Shown: in pieces, positions 49,350-58,078 of the stretch | How the letters are laid out: the number at the start of each line of letters is the position of its first letter | Position numbering within the stretch: the first letter of the stretch is position 1 | Assembly (NCBI GenBank): GCA_048885865.1 | Contig: JBHLLF010000008.1 | Span: 38,926-102,925, forward strand | DNA: 64,000 bases | Source of the DNA: Candidatus Hermodarchaeota archaeon | GTDB taxonomy: Archaea; Asgardarchaeota; Thorarchaeia; Thorarchaeales; Thorarchaeaceae | Direction of reading: 5' to 3' | Notes under the pieces: generated by a model | Seen by the model: only the letters and a program-made list of their open reading frames with translations | What the model was told of the DNA's origin: nothing | Databases searched by the model: none | Translations under genes and position numbers: made by a program

Positions 49350-49844
49350 GTGAAAGCACTGACACGGAAATTGCAGGTGTTACATGAAGTGCGACTTCCG
49401 GGGACCAATATCGAGGTGCTAGTTAGTTCCAGTATCATAGAGATAAGAGATGAAGATTTCCTACAGAGTATAGAGTATAGTGGCAAGAAGTATGAGGCTG
49501 TCCTCGATGAGATACAACGCATAATGCACAAGCGGGGATGGGAAATTACCAGGCGGGTCATCAAATACGTGTTGGATAGACTTGGCTTGCCAGAGGTTGA
49601 GTATTTTCCATCGGGTGAGCTGAGTGCCGATGAAGGCGGGAATTTGAGCGAGATGATTGACAGCATAAAGGAACTCACTGGTGTGAAGGCTGAAGTATCT
49701 GAGGAGCCCCCAAGCGTGTCTGCCGATGATCTGAACTTCAATTTTCATTCGGAGAACATTCCGAAGGAGGCTCCTGAGCGGAATGGCAAGTCCAAAGAGT
49801 CAGATTTCGATTGGGAAGAAGCGCCTCCCGTTGGCTCATCCTAG
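49350..49844 (+). CDS. Hypothetical protein, stand-alone paralog of the pseudoGTPase N-terminal region; likely start GTG 49389
   Basis: VRLPGT...IEYSGKKYEAVLDEIQR...IKYVLDRLGLPEVEYFPS aligns with MKVPGT...IKYAGRTFMEVLEELQR...LKFILKRIGLPDVEVFPS. Confidence 0.88.
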   Translation: MKALTRKLQVLHEVRLPGTNIEVLVSSSIIEIRDEDFLQSIEYSGKKYEAVLDEIQRIMHKRGWEITRRVIKYVLDRLGLPEVEYFPSGELSADEGGNLSEMIDSIKELTGVKAEVSEEPPSVSADDLNFNFHSENIPKEAPERNGKSKESDFDWEEAPPVGSS

Positions 49845-49912
49845 TATAGACTCTTATTCCAATTAGCCAGTATCTGAGAGCTTATCAATTGAGAATTCTC
49901 TTTTAGATCAAA

Positions 49913-50176
49913 ATGATAGAGATTCATCTTCATGATTGCCTTGCGGAACTTGTCGTTGGCAATCAGCAAAGTCACAAATCAGTTCTAATTCGAAAATCCA
50001 TTCGAGGAGAATCTTTGGGCCATGTAATCTCGAATATAGGATTAACCGCGACAGAAATTGGCGATTGCTACATCAATGGGATACCAGCTAAGCTAAACGA
50101 TATTGTTGAATCAGGTGATAGTATCGAGTTACGTCCGATTGGCCTTGGATTGCTCTGTGGCGGTCATCTTAAGTAG
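49913..50176 (+). CDS. Ubiquitin-like beta-grasp protein (MoaD/ThiS or Ub-Mut7C-like) ending CGG-HLK
   Basis: SLGHVISNIGL...EI...YING......IVESGDSIELRP is a beta-grasp signature; size 87 aa. Confidence 0.72.
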   Translation: MIEIHLHDCLAELVVGNQQSHKSVLIRKSIRGESLGHVISNIGLTATEIGDCYINGIPAKLNDIVESGDSIELRPIGLGLLCGGHLK

Positions 50177-50206
50177 AACCTAGCAGAACCATTATAGACG
50201 CCCAGG

Positions 50207-50458
50207 GTGAGCTTCTTGATGGTCAATGTGAAGCTATATGCTGCCTTGAGGAAATTCGCACCGGAAGATAACGAACTAGGTGATTTCTTTCAAATCGAAA
50301 TGCAGGGCAACACGGTCAACGACTTAATCAAGAAACTTGGTATCAGAGAAGTGCATGTACAGATTGTCATGATTAACGGGGAGCGGGCCATCGACTTTGA
50401 TGAAATATTAGCTGAAGATGATCTTGTGGTGATTTTTCCACCTATTGGCGGCGGCTGA
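50207..50458 (+). CDS. MoaD/ThiS/SAMP-family sulfur carrier
   Basis: VNVKLYAALR...TVNDLIKKLGI...INGE...LAEDDLVVIFPPIGGG with a free C-terminal GG. Confidence 0.92.
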   Translation: MSFLMVNVKLYAALRKFAPEDNELGDFFQIEMQGNTVNDLIKKLGIREVHVQIVMINGERAIDFDEILAEDDLVVIFPPIGGG

Positions 50459-50481
50459 ATTTTGGCTGAAGCAGGATTGAT

Positions 50482-51720
50482 TCAGATTTTGAGGATGAAA
50501 CGTGGCATCAGACGTGCCACGATTTCGCACATATGAAGGTTAACAGCTCTCCTAACAACCTCTCTCCCCCTATAGGTATACTCAAGTTCACGCGGACTAG
50601 AGAAGACCTTTTCTGATTCATGACCCGTCGACATGTCTGTGACATAATAGCGTGTCCCTCCCTTTGATTCAATGACACGATTGATTCCAAGGATTGAATC
50701 GAATTTGTACCCTCCACCATGCGGAAGGATATTGGCCTCCATAAGTCGATGAGCCACTCCATATCGTTCAGCGCGTTTCGTGAAACCGAGATACTCAATT
50801 GCCTCATCATCGAAGTTGGGTTTGCCATTCACGAGATATGCGGGCAGATCCGCTCGAAGAGCAATTGGGAGCAAGCTCCCATCTTCCATGGTGTTTTGAC
50901 AGCCCAACAGATGATGGTTCATGTTTTGAAGCCCTTGGTGTATGGGGTTGCATATTTCAGTGAACTCATCAAAAATGGCCTCAGCGGCACGGAGCCGTTT
51001 CTTTTTGCTCAGGTCACAAGCAAAATCATTCAGCTTCAAGTATTCTGCGGCGGCTGCATCACTGACTACCCAGGTCTTCCCGAAAGGTGTATCAATCTCT
51101 TCAGCCATTTCAGTAAGAACTGTGCTCTTATGATAATATAATCCAAAACCGAATTTGGTGTCATTATCCCCCTTCAGCTCGGGGACAGATCCATGAATAA
51201 TGAAGATATACCTGTGGGGAGATTCGGTGGCGTTGTCCATCGGCCTGTGTCGATAAAGGTCTATGAAATGATTGCTAACAGCAAAATCCCAATCTATTGG
51301 AATATTGTCTATGATTTCTTCTGCTCGTAGAAAGGAGCTGATATTGTTAATGAGCGTATCAATTCTTGGAAGACTCTCGAGCCCCCCTACGAGCATTCCA
51401 CAGGCATTAGGCATGGAGTCTAGAAATATAATCCTCCTGTCTCCTTCTCCCCACGCCAGCTTTCCCCCATAACCCAGACCATTATTCCACCTCTTTACAT
51501 TTCGCGTGACAGTAGCATCTGGCGCACCTACAAATGTGGCATCAGGTTCCATGCCAAGCTGAAAAAGCGCATGATGAATCTTGGCCAGACCATATTTCAT
51601 GTTCGTTACACAGAGGGCGTTCGCTGAATCCATCAGACCACTCGAGAACACATGGCTCGAGGCTCTATCAAGCAACTCCTCTCGGGACAATGATTGAAAT
51701 TCCCTTGTCATCCTTCTCAC
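50482..51720 (-). CDS. Divergent RtcB-superfamily protein
   Basis: Motifs in RtcB order: PDAT...GYGG, PNACGM, SNHFIDL, IIHGS, IHQG, PHGGGY (canonical PDxHxG, DxxCG, GNHFxE, HSGSR, HN, HGAGR). Confidence 0.68.
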   Translation of the reverse strand: MRRMTREFQSLSREELLDRASSHVFSSGLMDSANALCVTNMKYGLAKIHHALFQLGMEPDATFVGAPDATVTRNVKRWNNGLGYGGKLAWGEGDRRIIFLDSMPNACGMLVGGLESLPRIDTLINNISSFLRAEEIIDNIPIDWDFAVSNHFIDLYRHRPMDNATESPHRYIFIIHGSVPELKGDNDTKFGFGLYYHKSTVLTEMAEEIDTPFGKTWVVSDAAAAEYLKLNDFACDLSKKKRLRAAEAIFDEFTEICNPIHQGLQNMNHHLLGCQNTMEDGSLLPIALRADLPAYLVNGKPNFDDEAIEYLGFTKRAERYGVAHRLMEANILPHGGGYKFDSILGINRVIESKGGTRYYVTDMSTGHESEKVFSSPRELEYTYRGREVVRRAVNLHMCEIVARLMPRFILKI

Positions 51721-51755
51721 CTCCGCATTCTCTACTCTAATCGCAGAATCATTCC

Positions 51756-52487
51756 CTACTTCGCTCTCACAAGGCCCTCCTTTCCAAAAAGGTCCTCAAT
51801 TGACGCCATTCTCGCGCCGAGACGATCTTCAACAACAAAAAGGAACTCGAGCAGTTCCTGATGGAGACTATCTCCCAGCTCTCTACTGAAATCGAAATTC
51901 AATTTGTCATAGTCGTGTTTACGTTTCTCCATGTATTTGGTCAGAATATTCTCCATACTCCCTGCTTTGCCAATAAATCCACGAAGTAGTCCCATTAAGC
52001 CAAGGCGGTCTAGGGTATCTGCATCATAGACTATCTTCTCTTCAGGAGTGACTGGCGGTATATTTGAAGAAGGAGTGTGCCGGACAACTACCCTAGCAAT
52101 CGTGTCACGCAGTTTCTCGTTAACCTGAAGGCCGTCTAGGAACTCCTCTGCTAGAGTACCACCAAGTAGTCCATGGATGTGAGCAAATACACGATTGGTC
52201 TTGCCTATGTCATGCAATAGTGCTCCTGCGATGCAGACAAAGGGATCTACCTTTTCATCAATATTCTTAGCTATCTCTATGGCATATCTACAAACAGTGA
52301 AGACATGTGAATAGTCATGACTGTCGCTTTCTGCGTGTGCCTTCTTCACAAACTCCTGCATCTGTAGGAGCATCTTTAGTTCCTTACTCGTTAATGTCCT
52401 TGAGAAGACCATTTTCCTCATTCTAATATAGATAGAATCCGAGTTAAAGAAATCGCACATGGCTATTCTCCGCATACTTCCTACCAA
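51756..52487 (-). CDS. HD-domain metal-dependent phosphohydrolase; likely start near 52412-52421
   Basis: HDYSH...ALLHDIGK...HG...RH...YDADTLDRLG. Confidence 0.92.
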   Translation of the reverse strand: MVGSMRRIAMCDFFNSDSIYIRMRKMVFSRTLTSKELKMLLQMQEFVKKAHAESDSHDYSHVFTVCRYAIEIAKNIDEKVDPFVCIAGALLHDIGKTNRVFAHIHGLLGGTLAEEFLDGLQVNEKLRDTIARVVVRHTPSSNIPPVTPEEKIVYDADTLDRLGLMGLLRGFIGKAGSMENILTKYMEKRKHDYDKLNFDFSRELGDSLHQELLEFLFVVEDRLGARMASIEDLFGKEGLVRAK

Positions 52488-52524
52488 ATATCAACCACGT
52501 TAGATTCATATCGTTACGCTAGCA

Positions 52525-54171
52525 TTGTGTGCATGGTTAGGGAGACCGTGTGAGATGACACCACCATCTGAATCACCAGAAGCATCTTCAGAATTTGACA
52601 AAGCAATGTATCTTGATATCCTCAGAGAGAATCCTCCTCTGAAGCGCTATGTTTCTCGCGGGGATACGCGGGATTCAATTGATATCATTGGGCCTCATGA
52701 AAGCGCTGACCGAGCAATCTTTCGTGCAATTCGTTTTACAATGCAGGATGGCATCCCCAGATTTCAGCCTATTCTGGGGAGTGCTGGAATGGGAAAGACA
52801 CATCTCTTCTGGTCTTTGAAAGACCGAGAAAACTACTTCAAGAGAGGAAGATTTCTGGCTGTCTACGTGCCATCTCCCCCCGCTCCTATTCGTATTCCTC
52901 TTCATATCCATGCTTGCATAGTTGATACAGCAGGTGAAGATATCTTCGATCAGGCTGTTGATATGTTGATGATGAAGTTTGGTGGTTTGCGTGGAGTTTC
53001 GCATGAAACGTATGATTATACTTATGCAATGGAACGCCTTCTTTGCGATTATCCAGGAATTTCAGCAGATGTTATGAAAACACTCCTGAGATATCGTTTA
53101 GACCCGGCCAACAGCGATCTTGCTAGACGCTGGCTTTTTGGTGATGCCCTTAGCAATCAGGAGATAGTTCGGCTTGGTGTCCGAACCGTTCTAGAAGAAG
53201 ACGATGTTACACTAGCAACCCTAAAGCTTCTTGCTGAAGGGTCGACTTTGCCTATTCTCCTGTTCATTGATGAAATGGAGGGGCCATATAATACGCACGG
53301 CGAAGAAGCTGAGCGTCGGTTCTTCGAAACACTGAAACGACTTTACAATGAGACTCGAAACCTCGTCATTGTTGCATCAAGTCTAACAGAGATCTGGGAT
53401 CGCATCTATGAACTAGCCGACGGTCCAATGAAGTCTAGGATGGAACAGGTGGTTCATCTTGAGCCTTTTGAGAAGGATGATGTGGCTGAGTTCATTCAAA
53501 AGACTATGAAGGAGTTTTGGACAGAACAGAATGTTGAACCTCCTCCCGACGCATTATTTCCCTTCACTGAAGGCGACATAGAAGAGATGTTCGCCAAGTC
53601 AGACGGTGTCCCAAGGGATGCAATCAAACACGCCATCTCAAGACTGGATTCCATTTTGTTTGAAATAGAAGAGGCTGAGGTTGAGGAACAGCCAGACTAT
53701 GTGATTAAGCTTACACCTACGGTTATAATCAGTTCTCTAATTAAGGCGATAGAAGCAACAGGGAAATCCATAGGCATCGATGTAGCGATAGACATAGATG
53801 CCACTCAGGCGACCAAGGAATCTACATCGATTGTGTTACTTACTAAGAGCGGTGTCACTAGGAAAGTGGGAATTGATGTTCCTGGCGTTAAGGATTGGAA
53901 TCGCAGTGGAGGTGTTGCGGCGTTCTATTCAGCAAAGCGTCTTCAGAAACTAATCGAATCTGGTGACATCAATATGGGGGTCATTGCGGTTCCAGAGTCC
54001 ACAGCGGGTGCTAAATTCGAAGCAGCCTTAGATGAACATGGTGATTCATTGGTTGCAGTTCGACTTACTGAAGAGAGCGGAATTGACCTAGTAGAGCGCA
54101 CAACAAAGGGCCAGCTATTGAAAGCTCAGAAAGAGGTTCTTGCTGGCTTTTTTGAACCCCTCTTTGATTGA
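52525..54171 (+). CDS. AAA+ P-loop ATPase (BrxD/DUF2791-like central region); likely start ATG 52555
   Basis: Walker A GSAGMGKT, Walker B LLFIDEME, ARRWLFG helical insert, SRME arginine-finger region, LFPFT...GVPRD lid. Confidence 0.8.
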   Translation: MCAWLGRPCEMTPPSESPEASSEFDKAMYLDILRENPPLKRYVSRGDTRDSIDIIGPHESADRAIFRAIRFTMQDGIPRFQPILGSAGMGKTHLFWSLKDRENYFKRGRFLAVYVPSPPAPIRIPLHIHACIVDTAGEDIFDQAVDMLMMKFGGLRGVSHETYDYTYAMERLLCDYPGISADVMKTLLRYRLDPANSDLARRWLFGDALSNQEIVRLGVRTVLEEDDVTLATLKLLAEGSTLPILLFIDEMEGPYNTHGEEAERRFFETLKRLYNETRNLVIVASSLTEIWDRIYELADGPMKSRMEQVVHLEPFEKDDVAEFIQKTMKEFWTEQNVEPPPDALFPFTEGDIEEMFAKSDGVPRDAIKHAISRLDSILFEIEEAEVEEQPDYVIKLTPTVIISSLIKAIEATGKSIGIDVAIDIDATQATKESTSIVLLTKSGVTRKVGIDVPGVKDWNRSGGVAAFYSAKRLQKLIESGDINMGVIAVPESTAGAKFEAALDEHGDSLVAVRLTEESGIDLVERTTKGQLLKAQKEVLAGFFEPLFD

Positions 54172-54231
54172 ATATCAAGCGAAGCGGCGTTTCGTTTACA
54201 GAGGACTCCCTGATCTTCTCTACCTAGCAGG

Positions 54232-54810
54232 CTAGATCTCTTGCTGTCCATTCACTGATGACTCAGGCGCAACTTGCGCCTCCTGCTCATCACTTTTGCA
54301 GACAAGTTCAGGCAAGACAATGATTGCGACGAAAATCAGAGCAATCACGGCTAAGCCTGTCGGGGTTCTGAGAAACATGGATACGGCTCCAAGATATGGA
54401 ATTCTCAATACCACCACGCCTATGATCTCATCTATCGTACGGTTATCGGGATCATTTGCATGATTAGCATCGCCTTTTGTGAAGAAGTAGTAGGTTTCTC
54501 CCACAATCTCGATTGCCACAACTCGATGAACCACTGGTGCATCTGGAAACCACTCATCCTGATAGACGATTATGTCGCTGAGGTGTATTTCTTCAGCTGG
54601 CCTTCCTTGAAGCACTAGAAGATCTCCCTGTTGGAGTGCTGGAACCATGGAATCACTTGTCACGACAACTAAAGGAGTTGTAGTTCGCATTGCGAGCATA
54701 AATCCACCATAGCCTCCCATCGTGACTAGAACTACAATGAAAAGCACTATGACCGTCTTTTGCATCTCAGAGCGGCTTTCCCATTTCAATGCTTGGCGCA
54801 TCCGTTCCAT
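54232..54810 (-). CDS. Signal peptidase I, archaeal/ER (Sec11-like) type
   Basis: VVTSDSMVP...GDL (Ser), VVHRV (His), TKGDAN...D, IPYLG; N- and C-terminal TM helices. Confidence 0.95.
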   Translation of the reverse strand: MERMRQALKWESRSEMQKTVIVLFIVVLVTMGGYGGFMLAMRTTTPLVVVTSDSMVPALQQGDLLVLQGRPAEEIHLSDIIVYQDEWFPDAPVVHRVVAIEIVGETYYFFTKGDANHANDPDNRTIDEIIGVVVLRIPYLGAVSMFLRTPTGLAVIALIFVAIIVLPELVCKSDEQEAQVAPESSVNGQQEI

Positions 54811-54929
54811 TGCTTGTGCCTCGACTGATGTGGGGAATTGTGGACCACTAATAAAACTGACTGCGCTATTTCAATCGACCGGCTCAGAACGTAACGTTAA
54901 ACTGCTCGTACGGAGCCTTTCACCATATC

Positions 54930-56069
54930 ATGAGCAGTCTATGGGTCAAGACGTGGAAGAGCACTCCTCAAATTGATTGTGGTCTTTGCGGGGAGGCGAC
55001 CTGCGCTAGCTTTGCAAGAGCTTTGATTGTAGGCAGGACGGAAATCAGCAAATGTCCTCTTCTTGTCCTAGACAGACACAAAGAGAGCAGAGAAGAACTG
55101 GAGCGTCTAAGCAAGAGAAGACCAACACTGCTAGGAAAACCTGCGGCAAAGCTGCCAGAAGGAGGAATGCTTCTTACACGTCCATGCCAAGACACAGATG
55201 AAAAGGTCATGGCGGAGCTCCGAGTCTACAATGGTGTTGAAGCTGGCGAGCCTATCCATTTTGGGGTGTTTGAGCCCTCTCTTCTCTGCGATTTAATGGA
55301 CTGTATATCTGATAGATTTGAACTGATCCGATGCAGTAGAGACCTCGGATATGGTAGAGCAGAGATCGATGACATGAGCATTACAATACTTCAAGACGGA
55401 AGAGTGAACATGAGAAGAGTAAGTGACGAGCAGCGTGTTCTTGAGCTATTCAGAGAGATTGAGCGAGCGATTTTTGGCTCAATCATCTGCAACTGCTGTG
55501 GTCATGATGTCCTATCAGTGTTATCCGGATTTGCGCCGCTAGAGAACGAACCCCATACTGTGCTTTCTGCTGGGAGCACCCTTAGTCTAGACGCTGAGAT
55601 TCTTGAGAACAGTATGACTTCTTCTGAAATCAAATCTATTCTTCATAAAGCTGGAGTTATGGAGAAGCTCGAAATAGCTATCGAGCAGTTTACTGTTCTC
55701 CTGACCAAAATTGGCGCTAGGAACTTTTTGGCTGCTGACATGGAGCCTAGCCTTGAATCGAGTTTTTGTTCTATAGTGGATGTTGCTGTAAATAGCACTG
55801 ACGATGCTCTATTCACCATCGCTGTGATTGCATTGGCAATTATGAAGGCCGTGAAGAATGCAATGACCGGCTTGTTAGAGCTTCAGATTATATTTCGTGA
55901 AGGAACCGAAAGCCTAGTTGATGCCGGACTCGAGCTACTATCGAAAGCGGCTGTTGGTCAATTGAGTCCAGTATTGAAATACTCCGATGATCTCATTGAG
56001 ATAGTTGGGCACTTGACACGCGTAAATCGTACTATCAATCTGCTTAGAGATCATGGCTGGGACTTCTAG
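54930..56069 (+). CDS. Putative [4Fe-4S]-binding protein (N-terminal FeS domain)
   Basis: PQIDCGLCGEATC..FA..L......KCP motif; further Cys motifs RPC, RCS and CNCCG. Confidence 0.8.
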   Translation: MSSLWVKTWKSTPQIDCGLCGEATCASFARALIVGRTEISKCPLLVLDRHKESREELERLSKRRPTLLGKPAAKLPEGGMLLTRPCQDTDEKVMAELRVYNGVEAGEPIHFGVFEPSLLCDLMDCISDRFELIRCSRDLGYGRAEIDDMSITILQDGRVNMRRVSDEQRVLELFREIERAIFGSIICNCCGHDVLSVLSGFAPLENEPHTVLSAGSTLSLDAEILENSMTSSEIKSILHKAGVMEKLEIAIEQFTVLLTKIGARNFLAADMEPSLESSFCSIVDVAVNSTDDALFTIAVIALAIMKAVKNAMTGLLELQIIFREGTESLVDAGLELLSKAAVGQLSPVLKYSDDLIEIVGHLTRVNRTINLLRDHGWDF

Positions 56070-56524
56070 TGGGTCCATTCCTTTGTGGCCTTGTCAATGA
56101 TCCTCTGCGCATTCGGGTGCTGAGCAGTGTCAATTCGCCACTCATGAACCCATGTCCACTCACCATTATCTTGAATGAAATTCTGGAAGATCTTTAGGTT
56201 CTGCGCCTCAAGACGTGCGCACTTCATGGCTTGGATGTCATCACATCTGATATTGGGACATATTGTTGAGCTTACAACATACCACAGATCCTCACCTAAT
56301 TTCGTTGCTGCGATGACAGCAGGACATGGATCGATGTTTTCTCGAAAGATGACTTGATCCCCGTCATTAATGGGAGCATCTCCTCCAACTTTTGAGCCAT
56401 CCTGTTTCACAATGGTTGTGCTAAAGTCAGTCAGCACTCTTACAGCGCCTTTCCTGACATCATCCAAACTTGCTTTCACAACAATTCCTTCGCCCTGCGC
56501 AGATCCAGTGGAACTCATCTTCAC
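56066..56524 (-). CDS. Hypothetical protein
   Basis: 152-aa ORF filling the gap, stop overlapping the convergent gene, protein-like composition, GGAG upstream of the start. Confidence 0.7.
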   Translation of the reverse strand: MKMSSTGSAQGEGIVVKASLDDVRKGAVRVLTDFSTTIVKQDGSKVGGDAPINDGDQVIFRENIDPCPAVIAATKLGEDLWYVVSSTICPNIRCDDIQAMKCARLEAQNLKIFQNFIQDNGEWTWVHEWRIDTAQHPNAQRIIDKATKEWTH

Positions 56525-56641
56525 GACTCCATTTCATCTATGATTAATGCGAACAAATCACACTTTATCTTTTGCCGAAAGCAATAATCTATGTAATTAT
56601 TCATCAAGACTGACCTTAGTCCTTAAAAGATGGCTTAAAAC

Positions 56642-58045
56642 TTGCACTGGTGCTCGGTGAATAGAATGAGAATAACCCCAGTTCGTTCTGAAGGACTTGC
56701 ACATCTCTCCTATTTTGTTAGTTCTGACGATGAAGCAATGGTGGTTGATCCTCGGCGGGATGTTGATGTGTATCTGGATTTAGCCGATAAGAGTCATTCA
56801 AGATTAACTCACATCTTCGAAACGCACCGAAACGAGGACTATGTGATTGGCTCCATTGAGCTTCAATATCATGTTCCTACCGCAGAGATTTGCCATAGTA
56901 AAGAAACTGGCTTCAAATATGGTGACCATTCACTGGCCCATGAGGATTCGTTTAGAGTTGGATCCATGAAGGTGACCTGCCTACATACCCCAGGACATAC
57001 CGATGATAGCATGTGCTACCTTCTCTCAGACATGTCAGTAGGCTCCAGTCCCATTGTCATTTTCACAGGCGATACGCTATTTGTTGGAGAGGTTGGAAGG
57101 ACCGATCTTGTTGACAAAAGTAAGCATGAAGAAATGTCGCGAAAACTGCACGCTAGTCTACATGATGTGCTTTTCCAGCTCAATGATGGCATTCTTATCT
57201 ATCCTGGACATGGAGCTGGTTCAGTATGTGGAGGGGACATTGGAAAGAGAGAGTTCTCCACAATTGGCTACGAACGGATGAATAGCAAATGGCTGAGTCT
57301 CGACGAAGAGGCGTTTATTGAAGGGAAGTTGCGTCAAAGCCTTACGTATTCAGACTATTTCAAGCACTGCGAGCGCCTCAATACAATAGGGCCCCCTCTT
57401 TTAGCAGAGCTTCCTTTGCCTCGATATCTTGATCCGGACGCTTATGAACGCCTTCTATCAGAGCCTGGCTACGTTGTTGTTGACACAAGATCGCCCGACT
57501 TCTTTGTATGTGGTCATATCCCCGGAGCCATCAGCGCACCCCTCAGAGAAATGGGACAATTTGCAGGGTGGGTTCTAGAGCCTGATTGGAAATTCTTGCT
57601 TGTTTTGGAGAGGAATGAGGATTTGCAATTGGCAAGGAGTCTCCTCCTCCGAATTGGTTTTGATGATGTCATTGGGTATCTTGGGTCGGGAATGGAGGGG
57701 TGGTACGAACAAGGAAAACCAAGAAGCACAATTAGAACTATTGATTTAGAAGTACTGAAAGATGTGTTTGAAACCGGAACCCTCGAAATGATTGACGTGC
57801 GCCAGCCCCACGAACAGGAAAAGGAGTATATCGGGGGTTCGAAGTTTGTTCCATTGACAGATGTCAATAAGGAATCTACTAGCATCGATAGAGAGCAGGC
57901 CGTTGTAACTATGTGTCCGGGTGGTGTGAGAGCAACATCAGCAGCGAGCTTGCTGATGAGATCTGGACACGAGAATATATCAGTGGCCCTCGATGGCATC
58001 AAGGGGTGGAAGAAGAAAGGCTACCCAATTAAAACTCATGAGTAG
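56642..58045 (+). CDS. MBL-fold hydrolase / tandem rhodanese fusion (persulfide dioxygenase-like, CstB-type architecture); likely start ATG 56666
   Basis: VVDPRRD, ETHRNEDY, HTPGHT, FTGDTLF...GRTDL, YPGHGAGS.CG; GHIPGA; C-terminal rhodanese loop CPGGVRA. Confidence 0.92.
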   Translation: MHWCSVNRMRITPVRSEGLAHLSYFVSSDDEAMVVDPRRDVDVYLDLADKSHSRLTHIFETHRNEDYVIGSIELQYHVPTAEICHSKETGFKYGDHSLAHEDSFRVGSMKVTCLHTPGHTDDSMCYLLSDMSVGSSPIVIFTGDTLFVGEVGRTDLVDKSKHEEMSRKLHASLHDVLFQLNDGILIYPGHGAGSVCGGDIGKREFSTIGYERMNSKWLSLDEEAFIEGKLRQSLTYSDYFKHCERLNTIGPPLLAELPLPRYLDPDAYERLLSEPGYVVVDTRSPDFFVCGHIPGAISAPLREMGQFAGWVLEPDWKFLLVLERNEDLQLARSLLLRIGFDDVIGYLGSGMEGWYEQGKPRSTIRTIDLEVLKDVFETGTLEMIDVRQPHEQEKEYIGGSKFVPLTDVNKESTSIDREQAVVTMCPGGVRATSAASLLMRSGHENISVALDGIKGWKKKGYPIKTHE

Positions 58046-58078
58046 AATATGTAGAGACTGTCAACTCAATAGAGGAGA

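Noticed and set aside
49310-49748. Antisense ORFs of 143 and 95 aa over the X-only gene, and similar shadows over other genes
   Set aside because: The plus-strand ORF is supported by paralogy to 18711-20030; the antisense frames lack support.
52525-54171. BREX defence system
   Set aside because: Only an ATPase resemblance; no other BREX genes in the window.
54177-54197. Possible hairpin (aagcgaagc-ggc-gtttcgttt) between convergent genes
   Set aside because: Depends on several G-U pairs with a 3-nt loop; too weak to call a terminator.
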